From: Anaeramoeba ignava BMAN
Taxonomy: Eukaryota > Protista > Anaeramoebae
Assembly: GCA_028826165.1 (NCBI GenBank)
Contig: JAPDFW010000074.1
Span: 186,001 to 250,000 of the forward strand
DNA: 64,000 bases
Direction of reading: 5' to 3'
How positions within the stretch are numbered: the stretch's first letter is position 1; each line of letters starts with the position of its first letter. The notes beneath the pieces are model-generated. The model made no database searches. It was not told the origin of the DNA and saw only the letters and a list, made by a program, of their open reading frames with translations. Below, one piece after another: positions 1-11,223 of the stretch. Position numbers and translations under genes: made by a program.

Positions 1-1633
1 ATTATAAAATTAATTATAAAATTATTTATAAAATTGCTTATAAAATTGTTTATAAAATTGTTTATAAAATTATTTATAAAATTAAATATTAAATTAATTA
101 TGAAATTATTTATAAAATTATTTATAAAATTAATTATAAAATTAATTATAAAATTAAATATAAAATTATTTATAAAATTATTTATAAAATTATTTATAAA
201 ATTATTTATTAAATTATTTATTAAATTATTTATAAAATTATTTATAAAATTATTTATAAAATTATTTATAAAATTATTTATAAAATTATTTATAAAATTA
301 TTTATAAAATTATTTATAAAATTAATTATAAAATTATTTATAAAATTATTTATAAAATTATTTATAAAATTATTTATAAAATTATTTATAAAATTATATA
401 TAAAAATTTATATTAAATTATTTATAAAATTATTTATAAAATTATTTATAAAATTATTTTTATAAATTATATATAAAATTATTTATAAAATTAATTATAA
501 AATTATTTATAAAATAAATTAAATATAAAATTATTTTATAAAATTATATATAAAATTATTTATAAAATTATTTATAAAATTAATTATAAAATTATTTATA
601 AAATTATATATAAAAAAATTTAAAATTATTTATAAAATTATATATAAAATTATATATAAAATTATTTATAAAATTATTTATAAAATTATTTTATTAAATT
701 ATTTATAATTATTATTTATAAAATTAATTATAAAATTATTTATAAAATTATTTATTAAATTATTTATAAAAATTATATATAAAATTAATTATAAAATTAT
801 TTATAAAATTATATATAAAATTATTTATAAAATTATTTATAAAATTAATTATAAAATTATTTATTAAATTAATTATAAAATTATTTATAAAATTATATAT
901 AAAATTATATATAAAATTATTTATAAAATTATTTATTAAATTAATTATAAAATTAATTATAAAATTAATTATAAAATTATTTATAAAATTATTTATAAAA
1001 ATTATATATAAAATTAAATATAAAATTAATTATAAAATTATTTATAAAATTATTTATAAAAATTAAATATAAAATTATTTATAAAATTAAATATAAAATT
1101 ATTTATAAAATTATTTATAAAAATTATTTATAAAATTATTTATAAAAATTATATATAAAAATTATTTATAAAATTAAATATAAAATTATTTATAAAATTA
1201 ATTATAAAATTAATTATAAAATTAATTATAAAATTATTTATAAAATTAATTATAAAATTATTTATAAAATTATTTACAAAATTATTTATAAAATTGTTTA
1301 TAAAATTGCTTATAAAATTATTTATAAATTTGTTTATAAATTTGTTTATAAAATTAAATATAAAATTATTTATAAAATTGTTTATAAAATTGTTTATAAA
1401 ATTATTTATAAAATTAATTATAAAATTATTTATAAAATTATTTATAAAATTATATATAAAATTATTTATAAAATTATTTATTAAATTATTTATAAAATTA
1501 TATATAAAATTATTTATAAAATTATATATAAAATTAATTATAAAATTGTTTATAAATTTGTTTATAAAATTATTTATAAAATTATTTATAAAATTATTTA
1601 TAAAATTATTTATAAAATTATTTATAAAATTAA
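1..1633. repeat. Intronic 12-bp tandem repeat (TTTATAAAATTA)n
   Basis: Direct reading; ends at acceptor TAATAG (1631-1636) of the RasGAP gene; occasional frame-breaking indels. Confidence 0.93.
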
Positions 1634-1636
1634 TAG

Positions 1637-4600
1637 GGACATAGATCACAAGATTCATCCTATACAAGTTCACCTAGAACACCAACAACACCAACAATAA
1701 CACCAACAACAACAACCTCTAAAACAATATTTACACAACCAAAAGCACACATCAAACACACATTTTCTAAAAAAATATTCCCAAAACTCCAACCACAAAA
1801 TCCACAACATTCAAAAAATCCACAACAAATCAAACAAGAAATAAAACAAACCAATCCATCCAATAATCAAGCTATTCCACAAAGAAAATCCAAATTTAAT
1901 GGACAAATTTCTCAAGATATTCAAAATATTATTTCTCAATATCGTTCATTTGTTAAACAAGACCAAAATATTCAACAAGCTTTAAACAGAGCAAATGATT
2001 CAAGTGAATTTGATGATCTCCATTTTACTCATTTGGAAGAAGTTTTAAAGGAAAATACAAGTGATGAAAAACCAAAAAAAACAGAAACAGAAGTTTCAAC
2101 ATTAAATGAATTTGCAAATTATTTTGAAGATATTTCAAATACTATTGGAAATGTTAAAAAGAAATTATCTGATGTTTTCCAGAAAATTTATAAAGTTTAT
2201 CCATCACCAAATGATTCATTAAAAGGAATTAAAGAAAATATTAAAATTCAAGCAAAACTTTTAACAGAAGTAAAATAAAATATCCAAATAAATATTCAAA
2301 TAAATATTTAAATAAAATATTCAAATAAAATATTCAAATAAAATATTAAAATAAAATATTCAAATAAAATATTAAAATAAATATTTAAATAAATATCCAA
2401 AATAAATATTCAAATAAATATTCAAATAAAATATTCAAATAAATATTTAAATAAAATATTAAAATAAAATATTTAAATAAAATATTTAAATAAATATTTA
2501 AATAAATATTCAAATAAAATATTCAAATAAATATTCAAATAAAATATTAAATAAATATTCAAATAAAATATTAAAATAAATATTCAAATAAATATTCAAA
2601 AAAAATATCATTAGAAACCTGGAGATTCTTTTATTAAAGATGCTGTTCTTTTTGGTGTTTATGCTATCATTGATTCTTATAAAAATGAAATGGTTGATGA
2701 ATCAATGAAAAAACAAATTGAAACGAAAGTATCAACAATTGATCCTGAAAATGAAGTACAAATATCTCTATTATTTAGTCAAATATCACAAGTTTTACTT
2801 GGATATCCATCCGATATGATGGAGGCAATTCAAGGATTTTGTTATCATTTTTTATTTGGGGTTCTTTTCTCAAAAAATTTATCCAAACAATTCACAGAAA
2901 AAATTATAATCAACAAATTATTATCAAGTGATTTAAATGGTTTGTTGTTGTTTTTATCAAAAGAATGAAAGAAAAAATATTCAGTTTATATCTAAAAAAA
3001 ATCCTTTTTATTCTTTGTTGTATTTTAGAATATTCAATATTAAAAATTAGAAATGGAATAACACGTTGTTTTGAGAAATATTTATTTGAATTATTTAATT
3101 TCAAGCAAACAGTACAAACTCTTTATAATTTTTCAATATCTTTTAAGATTGACACAAATATAGAAGTAATTTATTAATTAAAATATAAAAATATAAAATA
3201 TAAAAATATAAAAATATAAAAATATAAAAATATAAAAATATTAAAATATTAAAATATTAAAATATAAAAATATTAAAATATTAAAATATAAAAATATTAA
3301 AAATAATAAAATATTAAAATATAAAAATATTAAAATATTAAAATATATAAAAATATTAAAATATAAAAATATTAAAATATAAAAATATTAAAATAATTCT
3401 TTTTTCAAAAGGAAATTCAAGAAATTGTTGATATTTGTAAAAAAGAATCATTTGGAGCAACAACAAGACTTATAATTGATAGTTTATTAGAAGATCATGC
3501 AAAAGAATTAGTAAAAAATCAAATGATGAAAATGGAAGCAAATCCAGATCATCAATTTTTAGAATCATTTGGAAGAGGAAAAGAAGCGTTACAAAAAATA
3601 TACAAATTGCATGATATTAAATACATTACAATAACAACGGATTCAAATTATTGTCGAGATGCACTTGATAAAATTGCAACAGCAATGCTCGTTTTTTTGG
3701 AACCTTTTGGATTGCTTTTGCCTTTTATTAAAAGCGCAATTGCGCAAGAAGTTTTAAGAACAATGTCAGCAGGAAGTTTATTTAGAACAAATGATGTTGC
3801 AACCAAAATGATAACTAAATATTCACTTCTATATGGAAAATCTTATTTAAAAGCAATTCTTCGTGATAGTATTAAAGAACTTGTTGATTCTGGAGCTGAT
3901 TTTGAAGTCGATCCAAATAAACTTACTCAACTTGATGATGGATCTGAATTACCATTTGATTCCAATTTGGAAAAAGTTGCAACTGAAAATATGAAAAATT
4001 TAAAAGCTTTTTTTCATAAGTTTTTGGATCGTATTTTTTCTTCAGCTGATGAAGCTCCTCCTGGTTTTAAATTTATTGCTGCAAATCTTAAAAATTTTGT
4101 TATGCAACAATTTCCTGATAATGCTATTTCTGCTGTTGGTGGTTTTATCTTTTTAAGATTAATTTGTCCTGCAATTGTTGCTCCTTCAAATTTTCAAGTT
4201 ATTGATTGTAAATTATTTATAAAATTATATATAAAATTTAAATATAAAATTAATTATAAAATTAATTATAAAATTATTTATAAAATTATTTATAAAATTA
4301 ATTATAAAATTATTTATAAAATTAATAATAAAATTATTTATAAAATTATTTATAAAATTATTTATAAAATTATTTATAAAATTATTTATAAAATTAAATA
4401 TAAAATTAAATATAAAATTATTTATAAAATTATTTATAAAATTATTTATAAAATTATTTATAAAATTATTTATAAAATTATTAATAAAATTAATAATAAA
4501 ATTAAATATAAAATTAAATATAAAATTATTTATAAAATTATTCTTGTTTTCTTAGTTCCTTTAACAAAAAAATCACAAAGAGGTTTATTATTACTTTCAA

Positions 4601-6659
4601 CAGTAATACAAGCATTATCAAATGGAATTACATTTAGTTCTAATAGAAGACATATGCAACCAATAAATGAAGATATAACAGGAAGATTTGCAGATAGATC
4701 AATATTTGTAGATCAATTATCAGTACAAATTCATTTACAAATTCAATTACAAATTCATTTATAAAATTATTTATAAAATTAAATATAAAATTAAATATAA
4801 AATTATTTATAAAATTAATTATAAAATTATTTATAAAATTATTTATAAAATTATTTATAAAATTATTTATAAAATTATTTATAAAATTATTTATAAAATT
4901 ATTTATAAAATTATTTATAAAATTATTTATAAAATTATTTATAAAATTATTTATAAAATTATTTATAAAATTATTTATAAAATTATTTATAAAATTATTT
5001 ATAAAATTATTTATAAAATTATTATTTATAAAATTAATTATAAAATTATTTATAAAATTAATTATAAAATTAAATATAAAATTATTTATAAAATTAAATA
5101 TAAAATTAATTATGAAATTATTTATAAAATTATTTATAAAATTATTTATAAAACTATTTATAAAATTATTTATAAAATTATTTATAAAATTAAATATAAA
5201 ATTAAATATAAAATTATTTATATAATTATTTATAAAATTATTTATAAAATTATTTATAAAATTAATTATAAAATTATTTATAAAATTAAATATAAAATTA
5301 AATATAAAATTAAATATAAAATTAAATATAAAATTAATTATAAAATTAAATATAAAATTATAAAATTAAATATAAAATTATAAAATTAAATATAAAATTA
5401 TAAAATTAATTATAAAATTAATTATAAAATTATATATAAAATTATTTATAAAATTATTTATAAAATTAAATATAAAATTAAATATAAAATTAATTATAAA
5501 ATTATTAATAAAATTAAATATAAAATTATATATAAAATTATTTATAAAATTATATATAAAATTATTTATAAAATTATTTATAAAATTAAATATAAAATTA
5601 AATATAAAATTAAATATAAAATTATAAAATTAATTATAAAATTTTAAGGATGATTCAAATGTTAATGAAAAAGATCTTTATATTCCACTTGCAAATCTAC
5701 CAGATACAAAACAAGAAGGGGAAATCAAATATGCATTTATTAAATCAATCTATTCAATAAACAAACCAAAAGGATCATTTAACGAAATACAATTCAAAGA
5801 AAGAATAGAATCAGTCTTACAAATTGTAAGCAAAACAAGCCCAGAATTTGTAACAAAACAAGCAATAGAAACAGTTGATGATTTAATTTCTCAAATTCAA
5901 ACATTTAGTGACGGAATTCCTCGATCAGAAAAAGCTTTCCAAACTTTATTTATTCTTCTAAAAGAATATAAAACATCAGTTTTTTATCAACAACAAAAAC
6001 AACAAGAAGAAAAACTTAAAGAAGAATTATCAAAAAAAACAGGAGAAACATCAAAACAAAAACACAAAAAAAATCTTCATATTGAAATTGATGATGAAAA
6101 TTTAGCAATCCAAAATTTGGATTTTGAAGAACAATTAAAAAGATATGATTCACAAATGGAACCTCAATTAAATTTTGGAAATGAAACTGAAAATCAAAAT
6201 AAATCACAAAATCAAAATCAAACTCAAAAACAAGAACAATCAAATCAAAAACAACAACAACAACAACCGCAAACAGAACAAAAACCTGTTCAACATTCTC
6301 AACAAAATACTCAAGATGATTGGGATGACATCAAATCAGCTCGTGTTCAAAAACAAACTTTCTGTTATTTTTCTTCTCAGAAATCAAGTTTCAAAAAAAG
6401 ATTTATTATTTTGCAATCTTTTTCAATAGGCGTTTTTAAAGACCAACCAATTTTCTCTAAAAATAAGAAACCTTTATTGTCTGTTCCAATTACAAAGAAA
6501 ATGAAAATTGCTCAATTAGATACTTATAATAAAAAAAAGAATGTTTTAACTTTAAGCTCCAAACAAGAATCTTCTGAATTTGCTTTTTCTTTTGATCATA
6601 AATCTGATTTAACAGAATGGTTTTTACAAATTAAAAAACTTCGATCTCAAATGAATTAA
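1637..6659 (+). CDS. RasGAP-domain protein with C-terminal PH domain (multi-exon, 5' part outside window)
   Basis: Arginine-finger LFRTND and FLR motif (GGFIFLRLICPAIVAP) in ORF 3523-4764; PH-like C-terminus (FKKRFIILQ...FSFDHKSDLTEWFLQI). Approximate exons by GT-AG and frame continuity: 1637-2269, 2615-2939, ~3029-3164, 3412-4207, 4556-4722, 5649-6659. Confidence 0.88.
2272..2600. repeat. Intronic 11-12-bp repeat (AAATAAATATTY)n
   Basis: Fills intron 2270-2614 of the RasGAP gene. Confidence 0.85.
4210..5645. repeat. Two intronic arrays of the same (TTTATAAAATTA)n repeat (4210-4540 and 4760-5645) flanking a 167-nt exon
   Basis: Same unit as 1-1633; introns 4208-4555 and 4723-5648 bounded by GT/AG. 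Confidence 0.9.
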
Positions 6660-6765
6660 AAAAACAAAAACAATTTTAATTCTTATTTTTCTTTAATCCA
6701 CTTTCCGTTTTAATTTTTTTTCAAATAAAAATAAAAACAGAAATAATTTTAATTTTAAATGAATT

Positions 6766-9700
6766 TTAATTTAAATTGGATTCGTTCTTTCTTTCTTCCT
6801 TCATCAAATCATCATAAGTTTTTTCAAGAACCATTCTCATTCTACTTTTTTCATTTAATTGATAATAATCAATTAAATCAACAAACTCATCAAAATTATC
6901 AATTGAGTTTTTACTTGAAATATTAATTTCATCCAAATAAAGAAAACGAACTAATTTCTGAACAGTTTCAAAAGATTTACCAGAATAATCATGAACTTGA
7001 TTTGAATCATCTTCAACACTAAGAAACATTCCTCTATAAAGTTCACTTCTGGCAACAAGAATAAGTTTATCAACATGAATGGAATGATTAGAATTAGAAA
7101 AAAGAATTGTAAAGTTTTTTGTGCTTTGATTTTGGAACAAAATATCCAAATCACGAATTATTCCGTTTCTTCCTTTTTTTCTTTCAATCCATTCTTCGGG
7201 TTTTTCATAAATTTCACTGAGAATTTCAGATACAATTTTTTGACTTTCAATAATTGGCTTGCTTTTCGGAAAAATTCCTGAATAAATGAATTGCATAAAA
7301 ATCTTCGCATCTTCAACTTCTTGTTTTGATAATATAAGAAGCATCTTATTGAAAATTTGCTCGATTTGTTGGTTATTTAATTCTCCATTATTAAGTCTCA
7401 ATTTGACAATTAAAGAATGAATGGAAAAATTCCCGCCAATGCATTGAACATTTTGATCAGTAAATTCTTGTCTTTGGAAAAGATTATTCATGTCGGTGCA
7501 AATGGAGAAATGCGAATCAAGAATCTGCTGGATTTCTTCAGTTACAACAAAATTTTCTGAATCGTAAACTTGAGCGTTATAAAGAAGAAGTAACTTGACC
7601 ATTTTTTGATCTTTGAGAAAACATGCATAATAAAGCGGACTTTTTTTCACTGGGAAATCAACAAGTGCGCCATTTTTCAATAAACATTCTGCATTTCTTG
7701 TGTTTCTTTTCTCAATGCAATAAGTAAGTGCTGTTTTCGACATTTCGTTTTGCTCATTTAATTCGGCTCCTTTTGAAATGAGAAATTCAAGCACTTTCTC
7801 GCTTGCGTTATTCAAACAAGCGTTCATTAAAGGCGTGTATTTTCTTTGATCAAGACAATTCACATCTGCTCCTTTTTCAATGAGTATTTTGTAGCATTCA
7901 ATGTTGTTGCTTACAGAGGATATTCTATGAAGAGGTGTTTGTTTTCGAGGTGAATATAAATTTATATCAGGGTAATTCTCAATAAATAACCTCAGAATAT
8001 CTGGATTTGGATCTTTATCACAGAGATAGTGAATCGGATAAAGACCGATCAATGACTTTTCCTGAAAGTTTGGTTTCATTTCGATTATTTTCTTGATGAA
8101 ATCCGATTCGTAATATCTTTTTATTAAGGAAATGAAAAGTGGCTCATTATCAATTTTCGTATTGAAATCAATCATATGATTTTGCAAAAGAAGACTGGTT
8201 TTAGCAGAAGATAAATATGCTGATGTGATTACAGAAAAATAGCTTTTTCGATATTTCTGAATTAAAAAATGTGATAGTTTTTCGTCTGAGTTTACTATCG
8301 CAAGACTTAAACTTGATGGAGATCGAGCTGGTTTCTCTGAAAACTTTGCCTTTTTTGAAAGCAATAATTCAACAATTTCTTGGTCGAGTGTTTTCCAATC
8401 CACAAAAGAAAATATAGATTTTTTATTATTTGTTTTTAATTTCACCGTTGATCCCTTTTTAATTAGAAATTCAATCACTTCAAAATTTGGATAAAATTCA
8501 CATGCAGAAAACAAAGGGGTTTTCCCATAATTATTCTGGATATTAACAATCTTTGAGTTGCATAATAGTTCCAAATCTTCTAAATTGAACGATCTTTTGA
8601 TAAGATAATGGAGTGGTGTGTTTTTTTGTGAATCTACTTCATTGATATTAACACCTGAATCAACTAATAAACGAATAATTTTGGGATTGAATTGAATTTT
8701 TGATAATAAAACATGAAGCGGATTCCTTGAAAATTGACCTTGAGTATTTGGATCTGCTCCATGCTTAATTAGACTCTGAATCAACGAAAAACTGGACGAA
8801 TTCTGACAAAGAGAATGAAGAGGAGTGCTATGTTGGCTATTTTTGGAGTCTAAACGAGAGCCATTTTCAATAAGTAAGTCAATCATTTTCGAAGCTTCTT
8901 TCTTATTTTTCTTTAATCGGATGTTTGAGCATAGTTTGTGCAAAGGTGTATTGTTTGAGGAATCAAGTTCATTCAATGCGGTCTTGCCAATAACATCAAT
9001 CAATTTCTTGAGTATTTCATAATTAGGAAATCCATAACAAGCCAAATGAAGAACATTTTGGTTCAGATCTGTTTTCAGATTCGGATCTGCTCCAGATTCA
9101 AGCAAAATATTGAGAATATTGATATTCTGTTGATGAAAAGTTGTGGTAAGATAAGCATGAAGAGGAGTGTAATTTTTGGAGTCTCTGGAATTAATTTGAA
9201 TTCCTTTTCCAATTAATAGATTCAAAATTTCCTCATCAACAACATTTTTACATGCAAGATGAAGATAATTTTCGTTTTGACTTGTTGTATAACTAAAATC
9301 TTTTGTATTCTTGATTAAAAACTTGATAATATCAGGATCATTCCTGGAACGTAATGCCAATGAAAGATATGTGTATGGCGCTCGAAAAACAGAAAAATGT
9401 TTATCAAAATTTGTTTCGTCGGTAATAAGCATTTTCAGAACTTCGAAATTAACGGGTGTTTTTATTGCATAAAATAAAGGATCTCTTCCTTGAGTATCGG
9501 TTTTGTTCAAATCCAAAAAATTATTGATGAAATATTTAATCATTTTGAGATTAGAGAACTTCATTCGGTATCGAAAAATGCGTGTAAGAAACATATTTTG
9601 ATATAAAATAGATGGCAAATGGCTCATGCTTTCTTCATCAATAAGCATTTCAATAATCTCGATTCTTTTGTTGTTCAGCATTTCATAAAAAACAGGAATG

Positions 9701-11121
9701 TATTTTTGCGAGTCTTTTAGGTGAGTGTCAGCTCCTCTTGCAAGTAAAAACTCAATCAATTCCTTTCTTGCTCCCTTTTCGCACGCATAATGTAAAGGTG
9801 TTTTGTTTGATATTGATATTTCATTGACATCAAATCCAAGATCATCCACTAAATACTCCAAAATATCCATTGGAGCATCTGAAATACAAGCAAAATGCAA
9901 TGCTGTTAATGATTGAGAATCTCTGGAATAAGGATCAACACCCATCTCCACAAAATATTGCAAAATAGGTTTTCCATTAGGGTTTTCGCAAGCAAAATGA
10001 AATGGAGATTTGTGAGAACTTGTTCGAATGAAATAATTATTTCCCGTTTTCTCAACCAGAAATTTAATTGTTTCCAGATCAGTACTTTTGCTGCATGCTA
10101 ATTGAATAGTTGTTTTTTTGATAGTTGATTGAAATTCCAATTGTGCTCCATATTGAAATAGTAATCTGATAATTTTGGAGTTGCAGTGCTTAGTGCAAGC
10201 AAGAAAAATTGGCGATTGAGTTGAAATGTAAGAGTTGTGCTGAGCATTAGCCCCATTTTTGAGAAGAAATTCAATCACTTCAGGATTTGGATTGTATTCA
10301 CATGCTTTAAGAATGGGTGTTTGTCTTGATGTGTTTTGTGCATGAATGTTTGCTCCATGTTTTAAAAGCAAAGCAATATTTTCCACTTTCGATTCGTTCA
10401 TAACCAAATAATGCAACGGAATTTGCATTCTTTTATCTCGAAGATTGGGTTTTGTTCCCGAAGAAATGAGAAGAGAAATAATTTCGTTGCTTGGTTTTTC
10501 GCTTTCGCAAGCAAAATGAAGAGGGTTTTTCCGGTCTTTATCAATTGCATTGATATCTGCTCCTTTTCCAATCAAATATTTGACGCATTTTATATTGGAA
10601 TAAAGACATGCGTAATGAAGTGGAGTTTTTTGGTATTGATCTTTAAAATGAATTTGTTTTTGATCATAAAAAAGCGTATCAAGTATTTCTAAATCTTCAA
10701 TATACATGCAAGCATAATGAAGAGGCTTGCATCTTTTGCTATCCTTAGCTTTTATATCGCTTCCTTTTGCAATAAGTAATTTAATAATTTGAGTATCACT
10801 TGAATTTATCAACGCATTATGAAGTGCAGTTTGATCAAATTTATCTTTCAAATTGACATCAGCTCCATTTTCAATTAATAATTCAATTAGTTCAAAACTT
10901 GTTGGTTGTTTTAATGCGTTGTTAAGTGGGGTTTCTTGGTTTCTATCAAATAAATTAACTTCTGCTTTTTTGGAAAGAAGGATTTTGGTAATTTCAATAT
11001 TATTTGATAAACAACTTAAATGTAAAGCGGTTTTTCCTTCTAAATCTTGGAAATTAATATCTCCTTCAAATTTCTCAATTTCTTCTATATTTTTATCTTC
11101 AATTAATTCCAATAAATCCAT
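6766..11121 (-). CDS. Ankyrin-repeat protein (~30 repeats) with C-terminal tandem BTB-like module, intronless
   Basis: Repeated TPLHxAC...LLxxGADxN; C-terminal IHSLIVKLR...FIYSG and VDKLILVARSELYRGMFLSV...FLYLD. Start placed at MDLLELIE (11121): the 11178 ATG adds a U-rich leader, and an Inr-like motif lies at 11141-11150. Confidence 0.9.
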   Translation of the reverse strand: MDLLELIEDKNIEEIEKFEGDINFQDLEGKTALHLSCLSNNIEITKILLSKKAEVNLFDRNQETPLNNALKQPTSFELIELLIENGADVNLKDKFDQTALHNALINSSDTQIIKLLIAKGSDIKAKDSKRCKPLHYACMYIEDLEILDTLFYDQKQIHFKDQYQKTPLHYACLYSNIKCVKYLIGKGADINAIDKDRKNPLHFACESEKPSNEIISLLISSGTKPNLRDKRMQIPLHYLVMNESKVENIALLLKHGANIHAQNTSRQTPILKACEYNPNPEVIEFLLKNGANAQHNSYISTQSPIFLACTKHCNSKIIRLLFQYGAQLEFQSTIKKTTIQLACSKSTDLETIKFLVEKTGNNYFIRTSSHKSPFHFACENPNGKPILQYFVEMGVDPYSRDSQSLTALHFACISDAPMDILEYLVDDLGFDVNEISISNKTPLHYACEKGARKELIEFLLARGADTHLKDSQKYIPVFYEMLNNKRIEIIEMLIDEESMSHLPSILYQNMFLTRIFRYRMKFSNLKMIKYFINNFLDLNKTDTQGRDPLFYAIKTPVNFEVLKMLITDETNFDKHFSVFRAPYTYLSLALRSRNDPDIIKFLIKNTKDFSYTTSQNENYLHLACKNVVDEEILNLLIGKGIQINSRDSKNYTPLHAYLTTTFHQQNINILNILLESGADPNLKTDLNQNVLHLACYGFPNYEILKKLIDVIGKTALNELDSSNNTPLHKLCSNIRLKKNKKEASKMIDLLIENGSRLDSKNSQHSTPLHSLCQNSSSFSLIQSLIKHGADPNTQGQFSRNPLHVLLSKIQFNPKIIRLLVDSGVNINEVDSQKNTPLHYLIKRSFNLEDLELLCNSKIVNIQNNYGKTPLFSACEFYPNFEVIEFLIKKGSTVKLKTNNKKSIFSFVDWKTLDQEIVELLLSKKAKFSEKPARSPSSLSLAIVNSDEKLSHFLIQKYRKSYFSVITSAYLSSAKTSLLLQNHMIDFNTKIDNEPLFISLIKRYYESDFIKKIIEMKPNFQEKSLIGLYPIHYLCDKDPNPDILRLFIENYPDINLYSPRKQTPLHRISSVSNNIECYKILIEKGADVNCLDQRKYTPLMNACLNNASEKVLEFLISKGAELNEQNEMSKTALTYCIEKRNTRNAECLLKNGALVDFPVKKSPLYYACFLKDQKMVKLLLLYNAQVYDSENFVVTEEIQQILDSHFSICTDMNNLFQRQEFTDQNVQCIGGNFSIHSLIVKLRLNNGELNNQQIEQIFNKMLLILSKQEVEDAKIFMQFIYSGIFPKSKPIIESQKIVSEILSEIYEKPEEWIERKKGRNGIIRDLDILFQNQSTKNFTILFSNSNHSIHVDKLILVARSELYRGMFLSVEDDSNQVHDYSGKSFETVQKLVRFLYLDEINISSKNSIDNFDEFVDLIDYYQLNEKSRMRMVLEKTYDDLMKEERKNESNLN

Positions 11122-11223
11122 AAATAATAAAAAAAGAAAAAAAATGAAAATTAAAATTCGAAAAAAATATTTTTTCATTTTTTCATTTTTTCTTTTCTTT
11201 TTTTAATTTCTTAATAAAAAAAA

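Noticed and set aside
34-1673. Long low-complexity ORFs (KLFI, INNF, ILIL, FNFN, KLKL, FVFV types here and at 24036, 27882, 35347-35926, 37900-38893, 40283, 41073-42064, 45776-46545)
   Set aside because: Translations of 6- or 12-bp intronic or intergenic repeats, open in several frames, broken by indels and bounded by GT-AG sites of real genes.
6951-11206. Short antisense or alternate-frame ORFs overlapping the ankyrin gene (and similar ones over MSH6, the IPC synthase and the F-box genes)
   Set aside because: No recognisable motifs; expected shadows of long coding sequences.
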